NCBI RefSeq assembly: GCF_946998835.1
Contig: NZ_CAMQAZ010000001.1
Location: forward strand, 12,396-76,395
Reading direction: 5' to 3'
DNA length: 64,000 bases
From: an uncultured Corynebacterium sp.
GTDB taxonomy: Bacteria; Actinomycetota; Actinomycetes; Mycobacteriales; Mycobacteriaceae
Below are positions 49,705 to 59,962 of this stretch, one piece after another (position 1 is the first letter of the stretch; each line of letters starts with the position of its first letter). The translations under genes and the position numbers were made by a program. Under the pieces are notes generated by a model. It was not told the DNA's origin and did no database searches. It worked only from the letters and a program-made list of their open reading frames with translations.

Positions 49705-52700
49705 TCAGCGGAAATCTCTACTTCGACCTGCTACCACAGGCCGCCCCAGCGCCTCGGACATATCCACCAGCCGATCGGCCACGATTGTCACCGCGCCAGA
49801 GGCCGTCTGCGCGATACCACGCACCACCATCGCCCGCGAATTCATCGCTACCGGTCGAAACCTGCTCCACAGCCCCGGCGTACACAACACATTTACTAGC
49901 CCGGTCTCGTCCTCCATTCCCAAAAATGTCACTCCTCCGGCAGTCCCCGGGCGCTGCCTATGCGTCACAACTCCCGCTACCTCCACCCGCGTCCCATCAG
50001 GCACTGCTTTCAGCTCCTCTGCCGGCACCACTCCACGTTCCTGTAAGTCTGCCCGCAACGCCGCCACTGGGTACTGCCCCGGGGTCACTCCCGTTGCCAT
50101 CAAATCTGCGGCTGCCAGCTCAAACTCCGTCATGCCGGGCAACGCAGGTGCGTCGGCAAGCGTGAGCCCCGGCAGCATGCCCTCGCTTTCCGTCGCCGCC
50201 ACGCCCGCCGCCCACAGTGCTTGCCGACGGTCAATTCCCAGCGACCCGAGCGCTCCTGCGCGCGCCAGTGCCTCCATGTGCCCAACACCCAGCCGAGCTC
50301 TGCGCGCGACATCAGCTGCGTTGACAAATGGCCGGGACGCGACGATACGCTCCGCCACATCATTGCCCACACCGGCGATGGCACCGAGCCCTAAGCGGAT
50401 GCGCCCGTCGATGACACTGGCTTCCACTGCCGAAACTGCGATGTCCGGACCATCGCAGCCGATACCGTGCCTGCGGGCATCGGCAATCAGTGACTGTGGC
50501 GAATAAAACCCCATGGGTTGAGCGCGGAGGAGCGCTACGCAGAACTCCGCCGGGTAGTGATACTTAAACCAGGCCGAGAAATACACCAACGAAGCAAATG
50601 ACTGCGCATGAGATTCAGGAAAACCATAGGCGGCAAAGGCCACAATCTTGTTCCACAGCTGTTGCCCAATCTCTGCGCCGATGCCACTGGTGTGCTGCAG
50701 CCCAGCCAGAAAACGGGCATGGAGCGCCTCCATCTTCGCCACCGAGCGTTTCGACCCCATGGCGCGGCGCAGCGAATCCGCCTCCACCCCGCTGAAGCCT
50801 GCCGCATCGACGGCCATTTGCATCAGCTGCTCTTGAAATAGCGGAATTCCCAGTGTCTTCCCCAGTGACTTCTCCAGCACTGGATGCTCATAGGTCACCG
50901 GCTCGAGCCCGTTGCGGCGGCGAATGTAGGGGTGCACGCTACCGCCCTGGATCGGACCTGGGCGAATGAGTGCCACCTCCACTACCAGGTCAAAGAACTC
51001 CCTCGGTTTCAGTCTGGGCAAGGTGGCCAGCTGCGCGCGCGATTCCACCTGGAACACACCCACCGCATCCGCGCGCGCCAGCATCTCGTAGACCTCTGAT
51101 TCCGCGACATCAATTTCCCACAGGTTCACCCTCCGCCCATGCTGTTCATAGACCAAGTCGATGCAGTGATGGATAGCCTCCAGCATTCCGAGACCAAGCA
51201 GGTCGAACTTCACCAGCCCCGCCGCCGCACAGTCATCCTTGTCCCACTGCACTACCGAGCGGCCTTCCATGCGGGCCCACTCCACCGGCACAACATCCGC
51301 AATTGGCCGGTCACAGATCACCATCCCGCCAGAGTGAATGCCTAAATGACGGGGTTGTCCGCGAAGCTGCTCTGCCAACTGCCGCACTGGCCCCGGCGGG
51401 CACACTTCCCGGTCACTGACCCACGCATCGATTACGCCCGGTGAGTACCCCAGCGCCCGTGCCGCATCGCGCAATGCACCACGCCGCCGATAAGTAATGA
51501 CATTGGCGACCTGTGCGGCGTTGTCACGACCGTATTTTTCATAGACGTACTGGATGACCTCTTCCCTACGGCCGGACTCAATATCTACATCGATATCCGG
51601 CGGTCCGTCCCGCTCTGGCGACAGAAACCTCTCGAATAACAACCCAGCGCCGATAGGATCAACATTGGTAATCCCCAGTGCAAAACACACCACTGAGTTA
51701 GCGGCCGAACCACGCCCCTGCGCCAGAATTCCTGCACGCCGGCAAAACTCGCAGATGTCGTGCACGATGAGGAAGTAACCGGGAAAGCCCAGTTCCCGAA
51801 TCACAGTCAGCTCATGCTCCAACTGCGCCCACGCTCGCGCTTGCACGGACCCCTCCCCGGCACCATCGGCTGGCCCATAGCGCCGCCGAGCCCCCGCACA
51901 GGCAATATCTCGCAGCCACGAGTCCTCATCGTGCCCCTCCGGCACCTCCCAGCGAGGCAGCTCAGGGGCAATGAGATTAAGCGTAAAAGCGCACTCACCT
52001 GCAATGTCCTGTGTTGCCCGCAGCACCTGTGGCCCCAGGTGGCGCGCTGCCGCCGATAGCTCTTCCCACGAACGCAGCCAGGCCCCACCGGCCGGCTCCA
52101 GCTGCGACTCAAAACCATCTAAGTCCTCGCGTACAGCAAGCGCCTGTTTCGCCCCTGCCAAGCGACTTGCCGCAGGTGAGGACGCCGTCGCTGCCGAGGA
52201 CATAACCTCCCGCAGGCCATACTTTGCGGCTGCAGCTGAAATAGCCTCCGAATCATCGACCGCCTGCGCGGTGGGGCTCACGCGATGCTCGAGCGCTACG
52301 TTCTCCGCACCGAAGGCCGCAATGAGTTCTTCCAGGTCGCCGACCCAGCTAACGTCGGCCAGCACCTGCCAAAAACCGCCTGCAGCCTCCCCCAACTCTG
52401 GCAGCGAGGGATAGCGGACGACGGACTTCTCCCCTGCTGACATATGCGCGTCACACAGCGCGTGGCTAAGGCTCCGGTACCCTTCCGGCCCTCGCCCCAG
52501 TACCGTGAGGGGCCGCTGTGGAAGCCCCAGTTCTGCGCCAATAATAGTGGCGATGCCAGCCTCCGCTGCAGCTTCAGCAAAACGGGCGATTCCATAGAAA
52601 CCATCACGGTCTGCCAACCCCAGCACGTTTAACCCCAAACGCGCAGCTTCGGACACCAGTTCTTCCGGGTCTGACGCACCATGCAGAAAAGAATAACTCG

Positions 52701-52968
52701 AACGACAGTGCAATTCTACTGCGATTTCCGCAGGTAACGCCGGCGCGTCACCACTGCCGCCTTCACCACTTTCCGACGAATCAAATGCCCCAACAATAGA
52801 ATCCGAAAGCTTCCCGCGCCAACCATTGAAACTACCATTAGGCTGCAGTTTTCCTGAGTAATTCCCAGATAGAATACGCTCAATCCGCGACCAGCTCAGT
52901 GGCCGACCAGACCGCCCCGACTGCCCGTCCGAGATGTTTTCCATGCCCCGAATATTAAACCACCCCAC
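49705..52968 (-). CDS. dnaE2: Error-prone DNA polymerase DnaE2 (Pol III alpha-type C-family polymerase)
   Basis: 1087 aa. N-terminal PHP domain (VELHCRSSYSFLHGASDPEELV), Pol III alpha palm/fingers and OB fold. GTG start (VGWFNIRG). Matches the short DnaE2 paralogue, not replicative DnaE1. Confidence 0.9.
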   Translation of the reverse strand: MGWFNIRGMENISDGQSGRSGRPLSWSRIERILSGNYSGKLQPNGSFNGWRGKLSDSIVGAFDSSESGEGGSGDAPALPAEIAVELHCRSSYSFLHGASDPEELVSEAARLGLNVLGLADRDGFYGIARFAEAAAEAGIATIIGAELGLPQRPLTVLGRGPEGYRSLSHALCDAHMSAGEKSVVRYPSLPELGEAAGGFWQVLADVSWVGDLEELIAAFGAENVALEHRVSPTAQAVDDSEAISAAAAKYGLREVMSSAATASSPAASRLAGAKQALAVREDLDGFESQLEPAGGAWLRSWEELSAAARHLGPQVLRATQDIAGECAFTLNLIAPELPRWEVPEGHDEDSWLRDIACAGARRRYGPADGAGEGSVQARAWAQLEHELTVIRELGFPGYFLIVHDICEFCRRAGILAQGRGSAANSVVCFALGITNVDPIGAGLLFERFLSPERDGPPDIDVDIESGRREEVIQYVYEKYGRDNAAQVANVITYRRRGALRDAARALGYSPGVIDAWVSDREVCPPGPVRQLAEQLRGQPRHLGIHSGGMVICDRPIADVVPVEWARMEGRSVVQWDKDDCAAAGLVKFDLLGLGMLEAIHHCIDLVYEQHGRRVNLWEIDVAESEVYEMLARADAVGVFQVESRAQLATLPRLKPREFFDLVVEVALIRPGPIQGGSVHPYIRRRNGLEPVTYEHPVLEKSLGKTLGIPLFQEQLMQMAVDAAGFSGVEADSLRRAMGSKRSVAKMEALHARFLAGLQHTSGIGAEIGQQLWNKIVAFAAYGFPESHAQSFASLVYFSAWFKYHYPAEFCVALLRAQPMGFYSPQSLIADARRHGIGCDGPDIAVSAVEASVIDGRIRLGLGAIAGVGNDVAERIVASRPFVNAADVARRARLGVGHMEALARAGALGSLGIDRRQALWAAGVAATESEGMLPGLTLADAPALPGMTEFELAAADLMATGVTPGQYPVAALRADLQERGVVPAEELKAVPDGTRVEVAGVVTHRQRPGTAGGVTFLGMEDETGLVNVLCTPGLWSRFRPVAMNSRAMVVRGIAQTASGAVTIVADRLVDMSEALGRPVVAGRSRDFR

Positions 52969-52974
52969 GGATAG

Positions 52975-52993
52975 TGTTCAAACGTACTTTCGA
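52975..52993 (-). promoter_or_regulatory. Candidate LexA (SOS) box immediately upstream of dnaE2
   Basis: The reverse complement reads TCGAAAGTACGTTTGAACA. This is 10/12 to the actinobacterial TCGAAC-N4-GTTCGA consensus and about 12/16 to the C. glutamicum TcGAAmAnnTGTtCGA consensus. It sits 7-25 nt upstream of the GTG. Confidence 0.4.
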
Positions 52994-53122
52994 TTAAAGC
53001 CTGCATTGATTATCACCCCCGCCCCACATCCGTAAGTCACATCCCAACCGCACCCCACTATTGGAGCTGGAACCAAATTTTCAGCACTACCTGGGCAGGT
53101 GCTAGCCTTATCCCCAGAATTA

Positions 53123-53138
53123 AAGACAGCTTGGTCTA
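53123..53138 (+). promoter_or_regulatory. Candidate McbR operator (AAGAC-N6-GTCTA) upstream of metQNI
   Basis: aagacagcttggtcta is 9/10 to the TAGAC-N6-GTCTA consensus of the corynebacterial sulfur-metabolism repressor McbR. It lies 52 bp upstream of the metQ start. Confidence 0.5.
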
Positions 53139-53189
53139 GTTCTGCATTAAAAGTTCCAAGTAACAAATCTCATCACAAGGAGACTTCCA

Positions 53190-54056
53190 ATGAATCTCAA
53201 GCGTTTTTCTGCTGGCGTTCTCACTGTTGCATTCGCCGCAACCGGCCTTGTCGCCTGTGGCAACTCCGATGAAGCCATTCGCATCGGCACCACGGACGCC
53301 AGCAAGAAGGCCTGGACCGTTTTCGAGCAGAAGGCTTCTGAACAGGGCATTGACCTGGACGTTCAAAACTTCTCTGATTACCAAACTCCGAACCGCGCCC
53401 TTGATGAGGGCCAGCTCGATGTCAACCTCTTCCAGCACATTAAGTTCCTGGCTGAGTACAACGTCGGCGCAAATTCGGATCTGACCCCGATTGGCTCGAG
53501 CGAAATTGTCCCGCTGGCTCTGTTCTGGAAGGACCACAAGTCGGTTGATGAGCTGAAGAAGGGCACCGAGGTCGCTATCCCGAACGACCCGTCCAACCAG
53601 GGCCGCGCCATCAACGTGCTGGTTCAGGCTGGCCTTCTGAAGCTGAAGCAGGACGACCTGCTGACTCCGTCTCCGGCCGACATCGACAAGGAGGCTTCGA
53701 CGGTCAAGGTGCTGCCGGTGGATGCGGCTCAGACTCCGGCCGCTTACGGCGAGGGCAAGCCGGCCATTATCAACAACTCCTTCCTGGACCGCGCTGGCAT
53801 CGACCCGAACACCGCCATCTTCCAGGATGACCCGAACTCCACGGAGGCAGAGCCGTACATCAACGTCTTTGTCACCAAGGCGGAAAACGCTGACAACCCG
53901 AAGTACGCGGAGCTCTCCAAGATCTGGCACTCCAAGGAGGTCCAGGACGCAGTCGCTGAGGACTCCAAGGGCACTTCGGTTCCGGTTGACCGTTCTGCAA
54001 AGGAGCTGCAGGAGATTCTGGATCGCGTCGAAAAGCAGCAGCGCGAGCAGAACTAA
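53190..54056 (+). CDS. metQ: Methionine ABC transporter substrate-binding lipoprotein (NlpA/MetQ family)
   Basis: Lipobox LVACG after the signal peptide, with MetQ family core (LDVQNFSDYQTPNRALDEGQLDVNLFQH). Confidence 0.9.
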   Translation: MNLKRFSAGVLTVAFAATGLVACGNSDEAIRIGTTDASKKAWTVFEQKASEQGIDLDVQNFSDYQTPNRALDEGQLDVNLFQHIKFLAEYNVGANSDLTPIGSSEIVPLALFWKDHKSVDELKKGTEVAIPNDPSNQGRAINVLVQAGLLKLKQDDLLTPSPADIDKEASTVKVLPVDAAQTPAAYGEGKPAIINNSFLDRAGIDPNTAIFQDDPNSTEAEPYINVFVTKAENADNPKYAELSKIWHSKEVQDAVAEDSKGTSVPVDRSAKELQEILDRVEKQQREQN

Positions 54057-54117
54057 CGCCGCCACCTAAGCACCGCCCAACACCCGGGCACACAGACCAA
54101 GGGGCACTGATTCACTC

Positions 54118-55149
54118 GTGACCAACAAGGGAACGAAGCTCGAATTCCGCGAGCTGAACAAGCAATTCGGCGACGTCACCGCGCTTGCCGACATCAACCT
54201 AACCGTTGAACCCGGCGAAATCCTCGGTGTCATCGGTTATTCCGGCGCCGGCAAATCAACGCTCATCCGTATGATTAACGGCCTGGAAAAGCCAACCTCG
54301 GGGCAGGTTTTGCTCGACGACACCGATATTGTCGGCATCTCCGAGCGCCAGCTACGGGGTTTGCGCCGCAATATCGGCATGATTTTCCAGCACTTCAACC
54401 TCTTCCATTCGCGCAATGCGATCCGCAATGTTGAGTACCCGCTGGAACTGGCCGGTATGCCGAAGGCCAAGCGCCGCGCTCGTGCCCAGGAGCTGCTGGA
54501 GTTCGTCGGCCTCGGCGACAAAGCGGAGTCCTTCCCTGAGCAGCTCTCAGGCGGACAGAAGCAGCGCGTCGGCATCGCCCGCGCACTCGCTACCGAACCG
54601 ACGCTTTTGCTTGCCGACGAGGCCACCTCGGCACTCGACCCGGAAACTACTTCCGGCGTCCTGGATCTGTTGCGCCGCATCAATCGTGAAATGGGTGTCA
54701 CCATCGTGCTGATTACCCACGACATGTCGGTGGTGCGCGGTATCGCTGACCGCATGGCCATCATGGAAAATGGTCGCATCGTCGAAACCGGTACGGTCCA
54801 CGAGGTCTTTGCCAACCCAAAGACTGAGGTCGGCCGCCGCTTTGCCACCACCGCTCTACGCGATATTCCAGTTGGTCGTGAGCGCGATTCTGTGAATCAG
54901 TCCGCCGAGAGCGCATCGGCTCGCCTGGTCACCATCACCATCAATGATGGTGTTGACCTCGGCGCCCTTGCACAAGCCACCAGCGCCCACGGCGTGGCCG
55001 CCTCGGTGACTCACGGCGCGGTGGCCAATGTGCAGGCGAAGTCGTATGGTCGTCTCACTTTGCGGTTGACTCCGCTGGAATCCCCTGATTTCGATGCCGC
55101 CATTGCTGCCATTTCCGAACTGACACAGGTAGAGGAGCTCGCATCATGA
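54118..55149 (+). CDS. metN: Methionine ABC transporter ATP-binding protein
   Basis: Walker A GYSGAGKST, signature LSGGQKQRV, Walker B LLLADEATSALD, and a C-terminal NIL/ACT-like domain. GTG start. Confidence 0.9.
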   Translation: MTNKGTKLEFRELNKQFGDVTALADINLTVEPGEILGVIGYSGAGKSTLIRMINGLEKPTSGQVLLDDTDIVGISERQLRGLRRNIGMIFQHFNLFHSRNAIRNVEYPLELAGMPKAKRRARAQELLEFVGLGDKAESFPEQLSGGQKQRVGIARALATEPTLLLADEATSALDPETTSGVLDLLRRINREMGVTIVLITHDMSVVRGIADRMAIMENGRIVETGTVHEVFANPKTEVGRRFATTALRDIPVGRERDSVNQSAESASARLVTITINDGVDLGALAQATSAHGVAASVTHGAVANVQAKSYGRLTLRLTPLESPDFDAAIAAISELTQVEELAS

Positions 55150-55847
55150 TTGGTTTCTTAAACTCCCTGCCATCTGTGAGTGGCAAGGACACCAACTGGG
55201 ATAGCCTCGGCCCGATGCTGGGCGAAGCGTTCGGCCAGACGCTCTACATGGTCTGTGTCGCCATGCTGATTGGCGGTGTCGCAGGTCTAGCAATTGGCGT
55301 GCTGCTCTACACCACCCGTGATGGTGGCGTGCTGCGTAACAAGTTTGTCTATCAGGTCCTCAATATCCTGATTAACTTTGTCCGCCCCATCCCGTTCATC
55401 ATCTTGGTCACGGCCATTGGCCCGCTGACAAAGAGCGTGGTCGGTACCACTATCGGTACCGAAGCTGCGGTGTTCGTCATGTCGATTGCCGCCACATTCG
55501 CCATCGCGCGTCTGGTGGAGCAGAATCTGATGTCCATCGACCCCGGTGTAATCGAGGCTGCCCGCGCGATGGGTGCAAGCCCGTGGCGCATCATCCGCAC
55601 AGTCGTCGTGCCGGAAGCCCTGGGCCCGCTGGTTCTTGGCTACACCTTCGCTTTCATCGCCGTAGTCGACATGTCGGCAATGGCTGGCTACATCGGCGGT
55701 GGCGGACTGGGCAACTTCGCAATCACCTACGGCTACCAGGCCTTCGACTGGAACGTCACCCTGGTGACGACCCTGGTCATCATCTTCATCGTCCAGCTGG
55801 CGCAGATCTTCGGCAACTGGCTATCGAAGAAGATCATGCGCAGGTAG
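55146..55847 (+). CDS. metI: Methionine ABC transporter permease
   Basis: 5-TM MetI with EAA-like motif (IEAARAMGASPWRII). Start overlaps the metN stop (ATGA). Confidence 0.9.
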   Translation: MIGFLNSLPSVSGKDTNWDSLGPMLGEAFGQTLYMVCVAMLIGGVAGLAIGVLLYTTRDGGVLRNKFVYQVLNILINFVRPIPFIILVTAIGPLTKSVVGTTIGTEAAVFVMSIAATFAIARLVEQNLMSIDPGVIEAARAMGASPWRIIRTVVVPEALGPLVLGYTFAFIAVVDMSAMAGYIGGGGLGNFAITYGYQAFDWNVTLVTTLVIIFIVQLAQIFGNWLSKKIMRR

Positions 55848-56763
55848 TCGCGCGCCAGCCCTTCTTTGGCCCTGGAGCATCACCGCAGGAAGACACAACG
55901 TCCTCCGTGATGATTTGCTCCAGGGCCACTTTATATTCCACGACCTGATCACGGTCGCTGAAGCCGTCGTAAAGCGCGACGACTGCAGTCGTGCCGTCGA
56001 CATCAACACGTGCGACATCGTCTACACCCCACGCATCTGCTTGACGACGCACAGCCAACTCGGCAGCCTGCCCCTGCGGGCTGTAGATGCCTCGGCCGCG
56101 GCAGCCCTCCGCATGCACGATTCCCCGCTGAGCGTCTTCGATGACCCCCTTGGCATCCACCGCGCTTATCCGCCCATAGCTGTAATTCCATGGCAACAGC
56201 ACACTCGCCGGCGCAAAGCGATGCCCCTTAGAATGCGAGGTCTCCCATACGACCTCTGGGAAGAGGTTGTGCATTGCCGCAGCGAGAGGGCGTCCTTTAA
56301 CCGCGCAGCAGCGGTCGCGCTTGCCATGTGTACAGATAAGGAACAGTGGATGGTCTAGGCGAGTAGCTCCCTCAGTGGGCTGGCCGAGGCGAATATCCAG
56401 GGTCATCAGCTCATCGACATCGGCAACCATGCGGTGTTCGAGAAAAACTTCAGAACCATTCACTGACTCACAGTGCGCGATATAAACGTTGACACCGTCA
56501 CACGGCTGCTGTCCGATACGACCGGGCTTGCGAATCAACTGCAACGCGCCACCGCGCTCAGCCAACCAGGCCTCAATCTGCCCGGTGAGGTCTGTGCCCC
56601 ACACACCGCCGTCAAAAATATCGTGGGACCAACCGAGTTGGTGCTCCAACGCAATAAAAAGCTTCCCAATCTTCGCGGTACCGGGAAGCGGCTCAGTTAC
56701 CTGAGCGGAACAGGTGGTATCAAAATTGGCCTGATTCATACGCCTAAGCGTAATTGAGGGCAC
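55834..56763 (-). CDS. Sucrase/ferredoxin-like family protein (thioredoxin-like [2Fe-2S] fold)
   Basis: Cys cluster LICTHGKRDRCCAVKG is typical of the Sucrase_ferredoxin family. Alternative start at MNQANFDT (56739). Confidence 0.65.
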   Translation of the reverse strand: MPSITLRRMNQANFDTTCSAQVTEPLPGTAKIGKLFIALEHQLGWSHDIFDGGVWGTDLTGQIEAWLAERGGALQLIRKPGRIGQQPCDGVNVYIAHCESVNGSEVFLEHRMVADVDELMTLDIRLGQPTEGATRLDHPLFLICTHGKRDRCCAVKGRPLAAAMHNLFPEVVWETSHSKGHRFAPASVLLPWNYSYGRISAVDAKGVIEDAQRGIVHAEGCRGRGIYSPQGQAAELAVRRQADAWGVDDVARVDVDGTTAVVALYDGFSDRDQVVEYKVALEQIITEDVVSSCGDAPGPKKGWRATTCA

Positions 56764-56902
56764 CTGCGATTGTGGCTCAGACTGCAGCGGTCACCCCTGT
56801 TTTATTACTATTGTGCAACACTTTGACAACAAAGACTTTTGACCTCGGCTTTTACAGTTCAGCTTGTTGAAATTCCGTAATTGCGCACATACCGTCAGAC
56901 GT

Positions 56903-57589
56903 ATGAATACGAAATCGCTGGATGTCTCGCGCACTCGTACCCGTACCCGTCTCGTGGCATCCCTGTGTCTCGCGTTGGGTCTGGCTCTCGGTGCCTGCTC
57001 CTCTGACTCATCCTCAGATTCGGCTGCTGCAGTATCTATGAAAACTGACTCGACCGCTGGCACCTCCGATTTGTCGAGCAGCTCCGACAGCTCCACCAGC
57101 TCGTCTGCCGCAGCACAAACCGCCATGGATGACGATGCTGCTCCGGAAGGCGATTTCAACAAATCTTCCGCAGAAGCTGCTCCCTCCGATGGTGCTTACT
57201 TAGGCATTGAAGATGTCCGTGTGGGGTCCCATGATGGTTATGACCGCATTGTCTTTGAGCTCACGGGCGAGGGCACTCCGGGCTACTTCGTCCGCTACGA
57301 AGATGTTCCAACCCAACAGGGCTCCGGCAACCCGGTTTCTGTTAACGGTGCCGCCAAGCTGGTAATTAACCTGCGCGGCATGGGCTACCCGTTTGATTTC
57401 CAGTTGGAGGACTTCCCCTCCGCCCCGGTCAAACCAACATCAACTTCCGTTATCAAGGAAGTCGTCGGGGCAGGAACCTTTGAGGGACAAACTCAGTACG
57501 TTGTCGGCCTCAAGGGCGATAAGACTCCCTTCAAAGTTTTCTCGCTGAGCAACCCAAACCGCCTGGTTATCGACTTCCAGTCGAAGTAG
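56903..57589 (+). CDS. Lipoprotein with Ser-rich linker and C-terminal beta-rich (AMIN-like) domain
   Basis: Signal peptide with lipobox LGAC (MNTKSLDVSRTRTRTRLVASLCLALGLALGACSS). The C-terminal domain has RIVFEL...RLVIDF, reminiscent of AMIN domains. Confidence 0.55.
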   Translation: MNTKSLDVSRTRTRTRLVASLCLALGLALGACSSDSSSDSAAAVSMKTDSTAGTSDLSSSSDSSTSSSAAAQTAMDDDAAPEGDFNKSSAEAAPSDGAYLGIEDVRVGSHDGYDRIVFELTGEGTPGYFVRYEDVPTQQGSGNPVSVNGAAKLVINLRGMGYPFDFQLEDFPSAPVKPTSTSVIKEVVGAGTFEGQTQYVVGLKGDKTPFKVFSLSNPNRLVIDFQSK

Positions 57590-57610
57590 TCGATTCACGC
57601 AGTAGTCGAT

Positions 57611-59233
57611 TCATGCATAGGCGCCCTCGATTTTCCACGCTCCGGCATGTCCGATGAGCAACCAAGCGGCAACGGCGCCGTCATTCGCTACTGCACGCAC
57701 CTGCATTCTCGCCGCCCGGCGGGCCTCGTCGGGCACCCACCAGCGCTCATCAATTGGCCATGGTCCAGCCCACGATGACACTCGGTACGTCTTTGTTCCG
57801 TATCGCACCAGCGCAGGTTCTGCGGTCATGGTTGCCCTCCCCGTAACCCCTACGGACTGTCCACTGGCGTCGAGTACTTCCACCTCGGTGTTTGCAGCTT
57901 CCAGAGTGATTGCCGGGTTAGGCGTAAGAACGGCTCCTGACCATGGCTGATTAACAGCACCAGTTTTTGTGTTTTTGGGCTTTTCCCCAAAAGCGACAAA
58001 TCCCACTCTCTCGGCCGGGCCACGTCCACCTTGCATAATCGGCTGCTGCACTGCCTCTGACCCCAGCAAACCTTGAACACGCTCGGCAGCCCGGCGAGCT
58101 TTGGCCAGTGCTTCATCGCTTCCATGCCATAAATCCTGTTTTACGGTGCCTGCGGCAACCACATCCAGTGGCTCTAACTGCAGCTCTACGATGCCGCAGC
58201 CATCATCGTCATCGTCCGCCTGTGTCCGCTGCCGATTCCTGTTATTCAGCCAGCCATCGAGCTGCCACCGAACCCTGTCAGCCGTAGTTTGCTCTGCCAG
58301 CGGCTCAGTGCAGCGCCACACCCTGCGCACCTCTGAGCCATCACTAAATTGCGCCACCACGGCTAAGCGATAGCACGAATACCCATGGTCAAAAAGCTGT
58401 TCATGCAGCTGTCCAGCCAGAGAACGCGCCACAAATGAGGCCTCATCCACTCTTCGCAGCGGATTCTCCCACGACTGATAGCTCGCAGCCAGTCCCGTCG
58501 GCAGGGACCGCGGCGCCACCAACCGCGCTTCCCCATGACAGGCCAGATTATGCCACCTAGCCCCCTGCGTTCCGAATCTGTTGGCGATATCCCGCTTCGG
58601 CAGAGCAGCAACATCCCCCAATGTGCGCAATCCCAGTTCCTGCCACGACTTCGCAAGCTCCGCAGGCATCTCCAGCGCGCTTTCCGCCCTCAGCTCCACC
58701 AGAGAGATTCCCGCCCGGAACCGTTTCCCCTCGTCCGCACCTGGAGCTACCAGCACTCCCCGACGTGCTGCCAAAATAGCCGTCACAATATCGTCCGCGA
58801 GACCCAAGCTACAGTCCACTCCCGGAACTGCCGCGGCGTCTAGAAGTTTTTCTAAAGCCGCATCCTGCCCGCCGTAATAACGAATCACCCCTCGGGCCGC
58901 CACGACCGCCAAACCTGGCCGCAGTGCTTCGACACCTGCCGCCACCGCTTCCAGCCGTTGCAGCACGGGCTCGAATTCTGACGCATCACGCACCGCGCTT
59001 TCTTCCACAACTTCCAGCTCCGGACACAGCGCTTCCGCATGGCGACGGCTCTGCCCGCGCCGCACCCCGGCACAGCGCGCACTTGGAGAACAAGCAGCCA
59101 CTCCGCTATCTCCCACAACTGCAACTGGACTGAGCGGATTAGCCCGCGATGTCGCAGACGCTAGATGCGCTGCCTGCACGGGCCAATCCGGAAGCCACAA
59201 CGCCACCACACGGTTCAATTCCGCCTCTGCCAT
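57611..59233 (-). CDS. imuB: ImuB, Y-family-polymerase-like mutasome component (catalytically inactive DinB/UmuC homologue)
   Basis: 540 aa. The N-terminal Y-family fold (VVALWLPDWPVQAA...) lacks the canonical catalytic acidic triad. Directly downstream of imuA' with a 1-nt overlap. Synteny to mycobacterial Rv3394c. Confidence 0.8.
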   Translation of the reverse strand: MAEAELNRVVALWLPDWPVQAAHLASATSRANPLSPVAVVGDSGVAACSPSARCAGVRRGQSRRHAEALCPELEVVEESAVRDASEFEPVLQRLEAVAAGVEALRPGLAVVAARGVIRYYGGQDAALEKLLDAAAVPGVDCSLGLADDIVTAILAARRGVLVAPGADEGKRFRAGISLVELRAESALEMPAELAKSWQELGLRTLGDVAALPKRDIANRFGTQGARWHNLACHGEARLVAPRSLPTGLAASYQSWENPLRRVDEASFVARSLAGQLHEQLFDHGYSCYRLAVVAQFSDGSEVRRVWRCTEPLAEQTTADRVRWQLDGWLNNRNRQRTQADDDDDGCGIVELQLEPLDVVAAGTVKQDLWHGSDEALAKARRAAERVQGLLGSEAVQQPIMQGGRGPAERVGFVAFGEKPKNTKTGAVNQPWSGAVLTPNPAITLEAANTEVEVLDASGQSVGVTGRATMTAEPALVRYGTKTYRVSSWAGPWPIDERWWVPDEARRAARMQVRAVANDGAVAAWLLIGHAGAWKIEGAYA

Positions 59234-59928
59234 TAGCCTCTCCTCCGTACGGGAAAAGCCACCACATTGTTCTGTGCTGCCTGCTCACCTACCCGCCAGC
59301 GGCACTGCCGCCGCGGAAACCGCGTCCCCGACACACTGACTTGGTAATCCACTGCCCGAATCCGACCATGACCAGCACCAAGACCGGAAACATCAGTAAC
59401 AGAGCTGGAAATCGTTGCCACAGCTCCCGGCCACTGCCGCCCCACAAAGACCAGAGCACAACCATTCGTGCGCAGTCGCGCCTGCAATGGACGCGCCTGC
59501 GACGGTGCCGGAGTACAAGACAGTGAGGCCACCACCAGGTCAACGCCGTCCGCCAGCAGCCCAATTACCTCAAGCGGCTGCATCCCAGGATCTGGCACGC
59601 AGATGATGTTCGACAACTTTCCACCCAGCTCCGTAACAGCGAGTAGTCCCTGCTCGGCAACTCCCACCAACGCAACATGCCCTGTCTTCGTAGCTTCCGC
59701 AATTAGGCCTGCCAACACTGCACCGGGCTGTTCAATGACACTGACCGCCCCTTTCCGGACCGTTCCCGCCAATGTATTTTCCAACGCCACCGGCACCGGC
59801 AGCGCCTCGCCGAGCCCAAAGGTTTCGCCAGTTGCAGCCCCGCCAGGCTGTGCAGCCATTGCTTGCCTGAGCGCCGCAATAGTCTGTTCCTTAGACTGCC
59901 CAGCAGCAATGTTGACCGCCGTTGTCAT
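59233..59928 (-). CDS. imuA: ImuA' (RecA/SulA-fold mutasome accessory protein)
   Basis: 231 aa, Ala/Gly-rich. Positioned 5' of imuB as in the mycobacterial imuA'-imuB operon. Weak RecA-like P-loop remnant. Called mainly on position and composition. Confidence 0.6.
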   Translation of the reverse strand: MTTAVNIAAGQSKEQTIAALRQAMAAQPGGAATGETFGLGEALPVPVALENTLAGTVRKGAVSVIEQPGAVLAGLIAEATKTGHVALVGVAEQGLLAVTELGGKLSNIICVPDPGMQPLEVIGLLADGVDLVVASLSCTPAPSQARPLQARLRTNGCALVFVGRQWPGAVATISSSVTDVSGLGAGHGRIRAVDYQVSVSGTRFPRRQCRWRVGEQAAQNNVVAFPVRRRG

Positions 59929-59962
59929 CTCTTATTCCACCTCATCTCACCGCCATGTCCAC

